A stretch of DNA of 64,000 nucleotides, from IMG/VR virus record IMGVR_UViG_3300027575_000001, positions 1-64,000 of that record; one strand, written 5' to 3'. This document shows positions 32,035 to 42,198 of the stretch, in pieces. Made by a program: the position numbers and the translations under genes. Numbering within the stretch: the first letter of the stretch is position 1; the number at the start of each line of letters is the position of its first letter. The stretch comes from a virus. Below the pieces are notes generated by a model. That model was not told the DNA's origin. It saw only the letters and a program-made list of their open reading frames with translations, and ran no database searches.

Positions 32035-34457
32035 TGGCGACGTCAGTAGCCCCACAGAGCGCGATGGAGCAACTGAACGCCAATGGTTCAGGCGCGAGTC
32101 CTGCGCAGAGCCAAGATGCCACTGCCGATGCCCCGCAGGAGCTTACCGGTGAGCAGGTAGCCGCCAAAGCGAAAATGGACGAGAAGTGCAAGGCTGCGCT
32201 CCTCGAAATCCGCAAGACCTTCAAGATGCGCTACCAGCCCAAGCGCATGAAGTTTGTCTCAGAAGCCACGCGGGCTTTCGAAGCCATCCGGGGAAGCACT
32301 TTTGCTCTACTCAACGATCAATCTGCGGCGCTCGACACGATCAATCAGCTCATGGCCGGTTTTCTCGGCCAGGGCGAAGACCCCGATCTTTACCAGCACA
32401 ACGACAACATCTACCAGACGTTCCTGATGATCTTCATCGCAGCACTGATGGTCGACCTCGGAAAGGTTCGTTACCAGCCAGCCGACGCGCAGGACGAGCA
32501 GGATCTGGAGATCGCGAATAAGGCTTCGACCATCCAGGCGTTCAACGAGCGCAAGAACAAGATCGCTTCCCTGCATCAGTTGAAGTTGCTTTACCTCTGG
32601 ATCTGCGGCTCATTCTTCCGGTATACCCGATATACCATCGACAAGAAAAAGTGGAAAACGTCGATGACGCCGCAGTATCAGACGAAGCCCGTCAAAGTGA
32701 CGCCCGACGGCTATATGTGCTCGAACTGCGGGAAGTTCACGCAGGACTCAGGAGCGAAGCCGTTCTCCTCCTCGTCCGCATGTCCGCAGTGCGGCGCAGG
32801 ACTCAGCCAAAGCGATTGGTACGAGGGCGACACGCTTGATCTTCCTGTCAAAGTGGGCGAGATCGAGACGGCGAACGGCGGAACGGGATTCACGATTTGC
32901 AACGGCCTGATGGTCGACGTCAACCCCGACGCCCTCGAGGATCCCATTGCCGACACCGAGATTCTGGATTACACGATCGAGCTCTCGGCAGCCAAAGTCA
33001 GGGCGGCTTATCCAGCGATGTACGCGCAGATCGCACCGACGGCCGGAGTGGATTCCTCGACAGACGGGGATATGGCGCAGGTAGGGCGCGCGCAGCAAAC
33101 GACGCCGGGCTCGAACGTCCGCGCCATCAGGACCGAGGGCGTAATTCCCTACTCACGCTGCTGGATTGACGTTGAGGCGTTCAACGAACTCGACGATCAA
33201 GACTTGGCGAAAGAGTTGGCGAAGCGCTACCCGGTTGGGTGCAAGTTAGTCCTGTGCGGCGAGGAAACCTTTCTCGATTGCGTTCCTGAAGCCAAAGAGG
33301 ATCACTGGACCTGGTGCGGCACGATCAAGGGCCTGGGCGCTTATCCGTTCGCCGCGGGCAAAGTCGTGCTGGACGTGCAGGAGCGCGTCACAAAGGCCGT
33401 CAACAAGATCGAAGCCTACATGGACCGCATCGCCTTTGGTATGGGCATTTACGACGCGGACTACATCGACGGCAACGCCCTGCAGAACAAGATTGCGACT
33501 CCCGGCAACCTGACGGGCGTCAGCAGGACCGACGAGGAAACGGGGCAACACGTCCCGTTGGAAGATCTGTTCTACCACGCGGCTTTTCAGGCTGACCCAG
33601 AAATCTACAAATACCCAGACACCCTGACGACGCGGGCGCAGTTCCTGTGCGGCGTGATGCCCCAGGTATTTGGAGGATCGGACAAGAACGTCCAGACGGC
33701 GGAAGGGCAGGAACAGGCTCTCAATACAGCTCTCGGGCGGCTCAAGCAATACATCGACCAGATGCGCGGCGAGGACGCGGACGCTGCACAACTTTCGGTG
33801 CAGTGCTCCATTGAGAACATGGACGAGGAAATCAAGATCGTCGAAGAGGGTGAAATGCCGGGCTCGTGGAAGACGATCAGGATGCTTAAGGCGGAACTCT
33901 CAGGCGATTTCTTCACCTATCCAGAGTCCGACGAGGGCTTCCCGGCTACCTATTCCGAGATTCAGCAACGGCTGATGCAACTGCTGGCGCAGAACCAAAA
34001 GATGCCGATTGTGGCGCAGATGCTCGCCGATCCGAAGATTCAGCGGGTGATGGCGCAATATCTCTTGCCGCCGCAGATTAAGCTGCCGCTCGATGCGCAG
34101 TTGTCGAAGATCGAGAAGATCATTCATCGGCTGTCGCAGGACCCCAATGGTCCCGTTGCGCACCCGAATCCTGGCGGACCGAACCTGCCGCCCATCGTGG
34201 TCCCATCGATCACGCCAGAGCCGAATGTGGATGATCCTGCCGTTTGCCAGAGCGAGGCAAAACAATGGCTCTTGGCGAACTTTGAGCAGGCTGAAACCAA
34301 TCCCAAAGGGTATGGGAACGTGCTGGCTTATCTGACCGTGAGCGCGCAGTTGGCGAAGCAGCAACAGGCCGCGGCGGCTCTTACGATGCAGGCTCAGGCG
34401 CAGGCAGGAGCGAAGTCTGGGGCGGGATCGGGTCAGCCGGGACAGCCGGGAAGCTAA
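32034..34457 (+). CDS. putative portal protein
   Basis: 807 aa, immediately upstream of the scaffold-like and capsid-like genes. The assignment is positional and by size only. Contains an unusual CSNCG...CPQCG Zn-ribbon insert. Confidence 0.5.
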   Translation: MATSVAPQSAMEQLNANGSGASPAQSQDATADAPQELTGEQVAAKAKMDEKCKAALLEIRKTFKMRYQPKRMKFVSEATRAFEAIRGSTFALLNDQSAALDTINQLMAGFLGQGEDPDLYQHNDNIYQTFLMIFIAALMVDLGKVRYQPADAQDEQDLEIANKASTIQAFNERKNKIASLHQLKLLYLWICGSFFRYTRYTIDKKKWKTSMTPQYQTKPVKVTPDGYMCSNCGKFTQDSGAKPFSSSSACPQCGAGLSQSDWYEGDTLDLPVKVGEIETANGGTGFTICNGLMVDVNPDALEDPIADTEILDYTIELSAAKVRAAYPAMYAQIAPTAGVDSSTDGDMAQVGRAQQTTPGSNVRAIRTEGVIPYSRCWIDVEAFNELDDQDLAKELAKRYPVGCKLVLCGEETFLDCVPEAKEDHWTWCGTIKGLGAYPFAAGKVVLDVQERVTKAVNKIEAYMDRIAFGMGIYDADYIDGNALQNKIATPGNLTGVSRTDEETGQHVPLEDLFYHAAFQADPEIYKYPDTLTTRAQFLCGVMPQVFGGSDKNVQTAEGQEQALNTALGRLKQYIDQMRGEDADAAQLSVQCSIENMDEEIKIVEEGEMPGSWKTIRMLKAELSGDFFTYPESDEGFPATYSEIQQRLMQLLAQNQKMPIVAQMLADPKIQRVMAQYLLPPQIKLPLDAQLSKIEKIIHRLSQDPNGPVAHPNPGGPNLPPIVVPSITPEPNVDDPAVCQSEAKQWLLANFEQAETNPKGYGNVLAYLTVSAQLAKQQQAAAALTMQAQAQAGAKSGAGSGQPGQPGS

Positions 34458-35463
34458 TCTCGACCTGATTGAACATCGGCGCTTCGTTGCCGATCCGCTT
34501 TCGTGCGAGTTCGGCATACGCAGGATTCAACTCAATCCCTACAAAGTCACGGTGATAGCGCAAGGCGACCGCTCCGGTTGTGCCTGATCCGCAAAACGGA
34601 TCTAGCACAGTGTCGCCTTCTTTGCTGCCGGCGAGGATGCACGGCTCGACCAGTTTTTCGGGGAAAGTGGCGAAGTGTGCCTCGGCATAGGGCTGCGTGG
34701 CGATCTCCCACACGCTGCGCTTGTTGCGGTGAGTCACAGGAAGGCAAACCGCGCTCGTGAACGATGGGTTGTTTTTGTTGCCCGATCCGATAGCTGCGGC
34801 TTTCCGCCGGACCGCCTTCATGTTGCCATTCGTTTTGCCGCCGGCATGGGCAGGCTCGGAGCCGATCTGGTGAATCAAGTCCTGCGAGAGACACGGGTTT
34901 GTGTTCGGACTGCACAGTTCGAGAATTGCCTCCATGTCGCAGTAATACCGCGCGCTCTTGGTCAGCAGGAACAGGTACTCATGCGCCTTGGTGCAGCGGT
35001 CGGTCACACTTTCGGGCATCGGGTTTGGCTTGCTCCAGATGATGTCCTGCCGAAGATACCAGCCGTCGGCGCGCAGGGCAAACGCCAGCATCCACGGGAT
35101 GCCTACGAGGTCTTTTTCCTTCAGACCACATCCATCTGGAATTTTAAGCATCCGAGATTGATTGCCCTCCATATGCAGCAGCTCTCTGTTTCCGCCACCA
35201 GGCGTTCCGCCGTTTCGCGCGTAGCAATCCCCCATATTCAGCCACAGCGTGCCGTCATTGCGCAGCACCCGCCGCACCTCGCGGAACACTTCGACCATTC
35301 GCGCAATGTACTCCTCCGGCGTCTTTTCGAGGCCAAGCTGGCCAGCGGTTCCATAGTCTCTCAGGCCCCAATATGGCGGGCTCGTTACCACGCACTGCAC
35401 GGATTCATCGGGCAGGTCACGCAACCAGTCGAGCACGTCACCGACCAAAATGGTCGCTTTCAT
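34381..35463 (-). CDS. beta-class DNA methyltransferase (N6-adenine or N4-cytosine, PF01555-type)
   Basis: Motif IV VVTSPPYWGLRDYG is N-terminal and motif I VLDPFCGSGTTG is C-terminal. Antisense to the late operon. The 3' end overlaps the portal gene by 77 nt. Confidence 0.85.
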   Translation of the reverse strand: MKATILVGDVLDWLRDLPDESVQCVVTSPPYWGLRDYGTAGQLGLEKTPEEYIARMVEVFREVRRVLRNDGTLWLNMGDCYARNGGTPGGGNRELLHMEGNQSRMLKIPDGCGLKEKDLVGIPWMLAFALRADGWYLRQDIIWSKPNPMPESVTDRCTKAHEYLFLLTKSARYYCDMEAILELCSPNTNPCLSQDLIHQIGSEPAHAGGKTNGNMKAVRRKAAAIGSGNKNNPSFTSAVCLPVTHRNKRSVWEIATQPYAEAHFATFPEKLVEPCILAGSKEGDTVLDPFCGSGTTGAVALRYHRDFVGIELNPAYAELARKRIGNEAPMFNQVEISFPAVPADPIPPQTSLLPAPEPAS

Positions 35464-35538
35464 ATTCTCACCATTGGTGCAGTATAGCCCCGCGCGTCGG
35501 AAAGCGCAACAGGACTTTCAAAATGATCGTGCTACTCT
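35460..35538. repeat. bidirectional promoter/leader cassette, copy A
   Basis: The 29-mer TCATATTCTCACCATTGGTGCAGTATAGC is identical to 43056-43084. It is followed by CAGGACT...AAA...GTGCTACTCT in the same order as copy B. Confidence 0.8.
35529..35538 (+). promoter_or_regulatory. late-gene decamer GTGCTACTCT (copy 3 of 6)
   Basis: Ends 10 nt before the ATG at 35549. No SD sequence. Confidence 0.45.
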
Positions 35539-35548
35539 TCTCAACGTC

Positions 35549-37042
35549 ATGGCTACTCCAGTTATTCCCGCCGCCGCTCCCGCCAGTGCCCCGGCCCCAG
35601 TTGCCGCCGCAACGCCGTCACCGTCTCCGAGTCCTGCCGCCGCGGCGACTCCCGTAACTCCTACGCCCACGCCGTCAACTCCAGCCGCTCCAGCGGAGAT
35701 GGATCATGACCAGCGTGTAGCCGCTATGGTTGCGGCTGAGAAGGCCGCCGAGAAGCCAGCGATACCGGCCGCCGAGCCTGTCAAGGCCGAGGAACCGGTT
35801 AAGGCCGAACCTGCTGCTGAGAATAAAGAAGAGCCAGCCGCTGCGACCGCGACCGAAGATGGCGATGAGCCATTCTCGATGGCCGACGAGTCATTCTCTG
35901 GCGCGCGCGATCTCGCCGCAGAACTCGATGCTGTCGCAGGACTCTCAGGACTCCTGCCCAAGGAGACCCGCGACAAGATCATGGCGAACGCCCGGATTGC
36001 TGAACGCCTGGCGCCGTACCAAGAGCTTTTTGCTTCCCCAGAAGAGGCCAAGGTAATTTCCGAGACGGCCAACGAACATGCCGGGTTCGCCGAAGCGTTC
36101 AGTGCCATCGGCCGCGACATCGAAAAGGGCACGAACGCCTTTGTTGCGAAGCTGATTGAGGGATCGGCCCTGCGGGACGCCGACGGCAACGTCCGCAAGG
36201 ACGCAGATGGCAACATCCTCACCGACGGCACCGCCGGCAGATTTTTCAACACGATTGGCGCTCGCCACATCAATCTGGCGATCCAAAAGAAGGTAGAAGC
36301 ACTGAAAGACGAGAACGTGACAGCAGCTTGGGATCTGGTCATGGAGAGTGTAGGTTTGCGGCCCTCCACCGCGGCTCAAGACCAATCGCAGGACCCTGTT
36401 CTCACGGCTCGTAAAGCGGAACTCGACGCGCAGGAAGCGAGAATTCGCACCGAGCGCCAAACCCAACAGACGGAAGCGTACAAAGCTCATCAGTCAGCGG
36501 TCGATACCGAGACAACCTCCTCGTTCGAAAGCTCTCTGGAAAGCGTGATTGCGCTCGCCACAGCCCTATCGCCGCTCGAACGGAGCGCCGTGAAGGCCAA
36601 CATTGAGAGAGAGTTTGCATCCGCTCTCAAGCGCGGCGATCCAAGGTCAGTTGCCTATTACCGGGAACTCGATCGCATCCGTCAATCGCCCATCAGCGCG
36701 GCAAGGCAGCAGAAGGAAGTGGCTCTCGCAAAGAGGTTCACGCGGGAGAAACTGACGACGATTGCCCGGCCATTCTTCAAAGAAGCTGGTGTGGTTGTGG
36801 GCCAAAAAGCCGAGGAACGCGCCGCAGCACAGGCCGCACGAGCGGAAGCCGCTCGCAGCGAGGTAAGTGGAGGCAGGGCAGCCACGCCGACTGCCGCAGG
36901 AACCGGAGACGCAGCGCAGCAGGAAGCGCGCGCAGTCGAAGCGTTCAAGGCGGCAAATGGTGGTCGGGCTCCTGCGGATGACCACGAGAAGCGCATTGGG
37001 ATGATGCTTGCCCAGGCGAAAGCTCGCGGGATCGCAGCCTAA
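35549..37042 (+). CDS. putative scaffolding protein
   Basis: Ala/Glu/Pro-rich and largely helical-looking, 497 aa, between the portal-like and capsid-like genes. Confidence 0.5.
   Translation: MATPVIPAAAPASAPAPVAAATPSPSPSPAAAATPVTPTPTPSTPAAPAEMDHDQRVAAMVAAEKAAEKPAIPAAEPVKAEEPVKAEPAAENKEEPAAATATEDGDEPFSMADESFSGARDLAAELDAVAGLSGLLPKETRDKIMANARIAERLAPYQELFASPEEAKVISETANEHAGFAEAFSAIGRDIEKGTNAFVAKLIEGSALRDADGNVRKDADGNILTDGTAGRFFNTIGARHINLAIQKKVEALKDENVTAAWDLVMESVGLRPSTAAQDQSQDPVLTARKAELDAQEARIRTERQTQQTEAYKAHQSAVDTETTSSFESSLESVIALATALSPLERSAVKANIEREFASALKRGDPRSVAYYRELDRIRQSPISAARQQKEVALAKRFTREKLTTIARPFFKEAGVVVGQKAEERAAAQAARAEAARSEVSGGRAATPTAAGTGDAAQQEARAVEAFKAANGGRAPADDHEKRIGMMLAQAKARGIAA
35937..35953 (+). 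repeat. tandem pair of the abundant octamer (CAGGACTC-T-CAGGACTC)
   Basis: Read directly. Encodes AGLSGL in the scaffold-like gene. Confidence 0.9.
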
Positions 37043-37116
37043 CTTATCTCGCATTGCGTACTCCAGAACTGACGGTCAACGCCGAGTACAGGACTCGGAG
37101 AAGCGAGTTGTGAGTC

Positions 37117-38394
37117 ATGGCGGCTCTTCAAGCAGCAGTTGGAGCGGCATCAGTTATGTTGGAGGGCGTTTGGAATCAGCCTCAGTTGCTGGTGGAGAAA
37201 GACGCCCCCCTCGCAAAGCTCATGGGATCTGGCGGCAACGCCACGAAGGTCTCGGAGCACACCTACCGCGTCACCTTCCAAAATGCACTGCCTGGCGTTC
37301 GTTCAGCGGTGTATCTGGACGGCAACGCCAACTTCCCGTCCCCCGGCTCCCCGGCGTGGCAGGAAGGCTTCATGCAGCCTGTCTCGTGGGCTGTCTCTGT
37401 CGGCTGGACCCAACTGGCAGCTCTCACCACTGCGAGCGACACGTTGGCCGTGGCGAACGTGGTTGACAAGACCATGACGGACGCAGTGAGCCAAGTGAAG
37501 CTGACCCAGGATGAGTCGCTCTGCAACGGCGATGGAACCGGCTACTGGGCGACGATCAACTCCGTGACACTCGGCGCAGGCGGAAGCTATACCCTGAGTT
37601 CGACCGACTTTGGCGCCCGGACGTTCGGTGTCGGCAACAACATCGACATCTACAACGGGACCACCTACGTCAACACGTCCAACGTGACCGCGGTTCAGGA
37701 CGCCCTCGGCGGTGCGCAGATCCTCACCGTAGATAACGCCTACGGCGCGGCCAACGACGTAATCCGGTTTGGCGGTCTGGTTTCCGGTTCTCCCCAATTC
37801 GTTTATGGGCTGTCGTACTGGAACAACAACAGTCCTACCGGACTGACCATCGGCATCGACAGGACCCAAGCGGCAAACAACTTCATCCTGAGTCCGGGCG
37901 TGGCAGCCGGTGGCTCCTCGCTGACTCCTCCGCTCTTCCGTCTTGGTTTGGACCAGATCATCCAGGCCATCGGTGAAGCAGCGGTGACCAGCGGAAAGTT
38001 CAAGATGCAGATGCACATGGGCCAGAAGGCGGTCTATGAGCAGAGCGGCCTGTCGCTGACCAACTTCTATCGCACGGACAACACGGTCGGCGCAGGATTC
38101 GACATGCTGACCACGGGCGACATGAAGGCGGCTGGCAACCCGTTCCTCATCAACCTGCACGCGAACATGAGCCGCGTGGACTTCATCTACGGTGAGACGT
38201 GGCACTCGATCAAGTGGGGCGATTCTCCGTTCTGGTTCAACGACCAGGGGCGGACGATCTTCACGCAGACCGGAACCAACGGATTGCCGACGGCGACGTT
38301 CGCGAGTTTTATGATAGATACCCGTCAATTTTTCTGCGCAAATCCCAAGACACAGTGCTACATCAGCGGTCTGCCCGAGCCGACAGGCTACTAA
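37117..38394 (+). CDS. putative major capsid protein
   Basis: 425 aa, follows the scaffold-like gene. GGAGAAG RBS. Size and position fit an HK97-fold MCP, but no diagnostic motif was checked. Confidence 0.55.
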   Translation: MAALQAAVGAASVMLEGVWNQPQLLVEKDAPLAKLMGSGGNATKVSEHTYRVTFQNALPGVRSAVYLDGNANFPSPGSPAWQEGFMQPVSWAVSVGWTQLAALTTASDTLAVANVVDKTMTDAVSQVKLTQDESLCNGDGTGYWATINSVTLGAGGSYTLSSTDFGARTFGVGNNIDIYNGTTYVNTSNVTAVQDALGGAQILTVDNAYGAANDVIRFGGLVSGSPQFVYGLSYWNNNSPTGLTIGIDRTQAANNFILSPGVAAGGSSLTPPLFRLGLDQIIQAIGEAAVTSGKFKMQMHMGQKAVYEQSGLSLTNFYRTDNTVGAGFDMLTTGDMKAAGNPFLINLHANMSRVDFIYGETWHSIKWGDSPFWFNDQGRTIFTQTGTNGLPTATFASFMIDTRQFFCANPKTQCYISGLPEPTGY

Positions 38395-38466
38395 GAGCAA
38401 TGGCTTTACGGGGAGGCCTCCGAGTCTCCCCCAAAAGTCAACAACCCAAGTTCAAGGAGAGTCATC

Positions 38467-39360
38467 ATGAAGTCGTTCAGTATCAACAAAACGGTGAGGT
38501 CGCTTACCGTCTCTCTTCTGGGGCTGCTCTTTGCGGTCCTGTCGCCCACAATCTTTGCTCAAATTCCCAACCCCGTCCCACCGGGCCAAGTCGGCGGCTT
38601 CGACGGCTACGGGAATCAATACCCAATCTTCGGGAAACAGTATTTTCAGACCGGCTCGATCAGCACCCCAGCCAACTGTCTGGCTGTCGGAAATCCCGTC
38701 GTTACGATTTCGATCGCCAGTCCAGGCGTGATTACCGCGGCCAACACCTGCGCGGCCGGGCAGGCCATCGTCTTCCAGACCACCAGCGCACTGCCCACGG
38801 GGCTGACTGCCGGGACACTCTACTACGTGATCTCGACAGGACTCTCAGCTACAGGCTTTGAGGTTTCAACGACCGTTGGCGGTTCAGCGGTGAATACCTC
38901 CGGTTCGCAGAGCGGCACTCAATCAGCTTTTGCCACGTACACGAATGCAACCACATCGTTTACTTCGGCCATCACGCTGCCTCCAGTGCCTCCTGGGTTT
39001 GCTGTTCCCGGTCATTGCGTCCTGCCGTACACGTCAACTAACGCCTCGGGAACCATTGAATTGGGCGCCAGCGTGTCGAATATCAACTCGACCCTGCAGG
39101 TGACCAATTCGGCGCACACAGGCTCGGGCGGGGCAACTCTCGCGGACGTGACTACGACCGTAAACACCACAACTGCAACCGCTATTTCGAGCACCATTGG
39201 CGGTGGCACGGCAGGGAATATCTACGGGGATTACGTCTCATTCATCCTGTACACGCCGACCACGATCACGGTCCCGACAACGGTGCAAATCTGGGCCGAG
39301 TCGAGCTCGACGTCGTATACGCAGTCGCTTCAGGGCGCTTATTGCGTGCTCGGCAACTAA
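38467..39360 (+). CDS. protein with a Sec-type signal-peptide-like N-terminus (virion-module gene)
   Basis: MKSFSINKTVRSLTVSLLGLLFAVLSPTIFAQIPNPVPPG. The rest is Thr/Ser/Gly-rich. Confidence 0.6.
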   Translation: MKSFSINKTVRSLTVSLLGLLFAVLSPTIFAQIPNPVPPGQVGGFDGYGNQYPIFGKQYFQTGSISTPANCLAVGNPVVTISIASPGVITAANTCAAGQAIVFQTTSALPTGLTAGTLYYVISTGLSATGFEVSTTVGGSAVNTSGSQSGTQSAFATYTNATTSFTSAITLPPVPPGFAVPGHCVLPYTSTNASGTIELGASVSNINSTLQVTNSAHTGSGGATLADVTTTVNTTTATAISSTIGGGTAGNIYGDYVSFILYTPTTITVPTTVQIWAESSSTSYTQSLQGAYCVLGN

Positions 39361-40175
39361 GTTTCCTACGAAGGGATGCTCAGTGGCAGGATGCTGGTTC
39401 AGGTCCTGCCATTTCCGCGTTTGGTAGAATCAGGTTCGTGCCCAGCCACAAAGAACTCGACAGCTACTCAGGCCCTGAGAACGAGGAGACCAACGAGTAC
39501 CTGCGAACGCGCCACGGCGAATCCTATCTCGGCTATCCGATGTTCCGGTTGGTCCACTCGGCTTTCCTATGGCAATTCTCTGCCGGCGAGTGGTTCGATT
39601 GGGATCCCAGCCTGCCGATCAACGACCGTGGGACCCTCGTGGCTGACGAGACCGGCAAGAGCCTGGCACCGAATACTCGAGCTGAGCGCGTCGTCACCGA
39701 GATGCGCCGCCGGCACAAATACGCCGAATTCGTCCCATTCCCCGGCTGGATACTCGAGCGCTGGATGCCGCCAAGTTATTTTGGAACGCCAAACTGGTGG
39801 AACAGCCAGATTGTGCCGGGAACGAGTTTGCCTAAACTTGGGCCATATCCGTACCGGGGCGGCTATGTTTCGGTAATGGGTGAGGGATTCAGGCCATATC
39901 CCGAAGCGCCCACGGGACCTTTCCTTGATCGCCTAATTGAAATGTGGAACATCATGCAAGCGGAAACCCTGTCGATGACGCCAGAAACGTACATCCTCAA
40001 GCGTGAGCGCGAGAGCCGCGAAGAGCAGGAAGCAATCGACGAACGCTGGCGCCGGGAATCATCGGCCGCGAATATGACCGCCATGCAGCCGCTGTTCTCG
40101 ACGTATCTGGAGGCTGGACGTGCACGGGCATTGGCCGCGGAGCACGCAGGACTCACAAGCCACTACGGCAACTAA
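39342..40175 (+). CDS. hypothetical virion-module protein
   Basis: 277-aa ORF with an uncertain TTG start (a GTG at 39438 is possible). Confidence 0.5.
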   Translation: MRARQLSFLRRDAQWQDAGSGPAISAFGRIRFVPSHKELDSYSGPENEETNEYLRTRHGESYLGYPMFRLVHSAFLWQFSAGEWFDWDPSLPINDRGTLVADETGKSLAPNTRAERVVTEMRRRHKYAEFVPFPGWILERWMPPSYFGTPNWWNSQIVPGTSLPKLGPYPYRGGYVSVMGEGFRPYPEAPTGPFLDRLIEMWNIMQAETLSMTPETYILKRERESREEQEAIDERWRRESSAANMTAMQPLFSTYLEAGRARALAAEHAGLTSHYGN

Positions 40176-40196
40176 CCCGCTTCAAAAGGAGGATTT

Positions 40197-41438
40197 ATGC
40201 CAAAGGAAACGACACCTGGAGGCTACGGGACAGCTATACAGGACACGCCGCCAACGGTTCAACAAGAACGTGCACTAGCCGGCAGGATGGGGGGTCCTGC
40301 CATCGGGGCGAATGTGGACGTCACCGTCGTTACGCCGCAGGGCCTGCGCGAGACTGTGAATCTGCCGACTATCGATCACAAGGCAATGGGCCGCAAGACG
40401 GACCCGGCATTTGAGCGCAGCGCGCAGAGCGTGAAAGGCAGGATTCGCCAACTCGGCACCGTGCCGGCCGCAGTGGTCAGTTTCCTGCCAATCGAACTGA
40501 GAAGCGATTCCTACCTCTTCCCGTTGAAAGTCGCGTGCATCATGCCGCCAAAAGGCAAAGATCCCTACGCGATCTACGTGTTCCAAAGCTACTTCATCGA
40601 TTACACGAAACAGCACGTGGACAGCCCCACAACCGCCTTCGAATGGGCTCCGATTCAGATGGCGATGGAGTTCCCTGGCACCAATCCACGGGGCGTCTTC
40701 GTCTTCTCGGTCCCCGTAGGACCCGCAAACGAATCCACTGATGATCTACATCGCCGTGTCGCCTCTCTGATCGAAGATCCCACGTGGAAAGCGACAGTCA
40801 GCCGCGAGGCTCAGCACGTCGGCATGACCTACGGCGAGGCTCTTGAGGCTAAACGCCTGAGCGCTATCGCGTGGATGGATGAGCAGTTGAGCCGCGGCAA
40901 CACCATGGACTTGAGCGAGAAAGCGTGGGAACGGCCTGGGCTGCCACAGAAAGCTGCTGCGCGCCGACTACACGCACTCGGCAGGATTCAGGAACTCCCG
41001 AAATGGGTTGAGCAGCAACGGGACCTGACCCACAAGCCCAAGGACTGCCCGAACTGCGCAAAGCGTTGTGAGCCAGGCGCCATCTCCTGTTCGAATCCCG
41101 GCTGCAAGGTGAGGGGCGGCGGTCCCTACATCCTCGACCCGCGCAAAGCCTTCGAGAACAATATCATCAACGAAGAGGATGAGTCTCTGGAACGTCTATC
41201 TCGACGGGAACTAAAAGACATGGGCATCTCCGATTACGTGGCCGAGAGCGTGGAAGAGAAGAAAGCTCGTTTGACCGAAGGCGGCATCAAACCCAAGAGC
41301 TTGGCTGCGCTCCGGGTGATGGAAGCCGAGGACATGTCGAGGTCGCTCGACGCCGAGCGTGTGGGCAAGAGCATCGCGACGGCAGTAGCCGATGGCGCGA
41401 AAGGCAAAAAGACAGAGAGGGCCTCCGCAGAAGTGTAA
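40197..41438 (+). CDS. hypothetical virion-module protein with a Zn-ribbon (CPNCAKRC...CSNPGC)
   Basis: 413-aa ORF with an AAGGAGGA RBS. Confidence 0.6.
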   Translation: MPKETTPGGYGTAIQDTPPTVQQERALAGRMGGPAIGANVDVTVVTPQGLRETVNLPTIDHKAMGRKTDPAFERSAQSVKGRIRQLGTVPAAVVSFLPIELRSDSYLFPLKVACIMPPKGKDPYAIYVFQSYFIDYTKQHVDSPTTAFEWAPIQMAMEFPGTNPRGVFVFSVPVGPANESTDDLHRRVASLIEDPTWKATVSREAQHVGMTYGEALEAKRLSAIAWMDEQLSRGNTMDLSEKAWERPGLPQKAAARRLHALGRIQELPKWVEQQRDLTHKPKDCPNCAKRCEPGAISCSNPGCKVRGGGPYILDPRKAFENNIINEEDESLERLSRRELKDMGISDYVAESVEEKKARLTEGGIKPKSLAALRVMEAEDMSRSLDAERVGKSIATAVADGAKGKKTERASAEV

Positions 41439-41448
41439 GCGCCGCGCG

Positions 41449-41458
41449 GTGCTACTCT
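41449..41458 (+). promoter_or_regulatory. late-gene decamer GTGCTACTCT (copy 4 of 6)
   Basis: Ends 6 nt before the ATG at 41465. No SD sequence. Confidence 0.45.
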
Positions 41459-41464
41459 CTTCCC

Positions 41465-42190
41465 ATGGCGGTTCTCACTGTAGCTCAGATCGTGAAGCGC
41501 GTCGGAGTCCTGCTGGATGACCCGGCGAACATCCGGTTCTCGTCGGCGTACATCATGCCGTACCTGGATCAGGAGAACGAGTCTTTTGAGATCACCCTCG
41601 AAAGGCTCGGGATCCAGCAGCAGGAACAAATTGCTATCATCAATCTACCGGCCGCTACACAAACACAAGACGGCAGTTGTCCTCCGGTAGACCTGGCTCC
41701 CCTCTTTGCTGCTGGGCAACCCCTTCAATGGTTCCTGCGGCCGAAGCGGATCGACTGGAAACTCCAAGGTCAGCCCGATACCTCTTACCAGCAGTCTGAT
41801 CCTGTCAACGAACTCGACGACGTGCAGTACGGCAACTTGGGGCCATGGCAATATCGCTGGGCGCAAGGGTCGATCCAGTTGAGTGCCAACTACACGGCAG
41901 TGACCATCCGGGTCTATTTCTGGGCGCTTGCCAGCGACATCTACGACAATGCGCAGATGGTGATGCGTGGGATCGGGTTCATCCTAGCCACGCAGGTTGC
42001 AACTCTCATCTGCGCGACCAACAACAACATGGGGAAGTTGGCAGCCAAGCTCGAAAAGAACTTGGCGCGGGACAAGCAAAACTTGTCGAATCTGATGGTG
42101 ATGACTGCGCAGGCGCAACTCATCCACTTCCGCGGGACTCGGAGATTCGGTGTCGCCCCGATCTCAGCCGGCGGAAAGCCGTATTCCTAA
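41465..42190 (+). CDS. hypothetical virion protein, possible head-tail adaptor
   Basis: 241 aa. The N-terminal MAVLTVAQIVKRVGVLLDDPANIRFSSAYIMPYLDQ pattern resembles adaptor/connector proteins. Weak call. Confidence 0.4.
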   Translation: MAVLTVAQIVKRVGVLLDDPANIRFSSAYIMPYLDQENESFEITLERLGIQQQEQIAIINLPAATQTQDGSCPPVDLAPLFAAGQPLQWFLRPKRIDWKLQGQPDTSYQQSDPVNELDDVQYGNLGPWQYRWAQGSIQLSANYTAVTIRVYFWALASDIYDNAQMVMRGIGFILATQVATLICATNNNMGKLAAKLEKNLARDKQNLSNLMVMTAQAQLIHFRGTRRFGVAPISAGGKPYS

Positions 42191-42198
42191 GTCCTGTG

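Noticed and set aside
38395-38466. A GGGGAG-N10-CTCCCC hairpin after the capsid-like gene as a terminator.
   Set aside because: The stem is short and is followed by CAAAAG rather than a U-tract. At best it is an attenuator or stabiliser, which is not enough evidence to call a feature.
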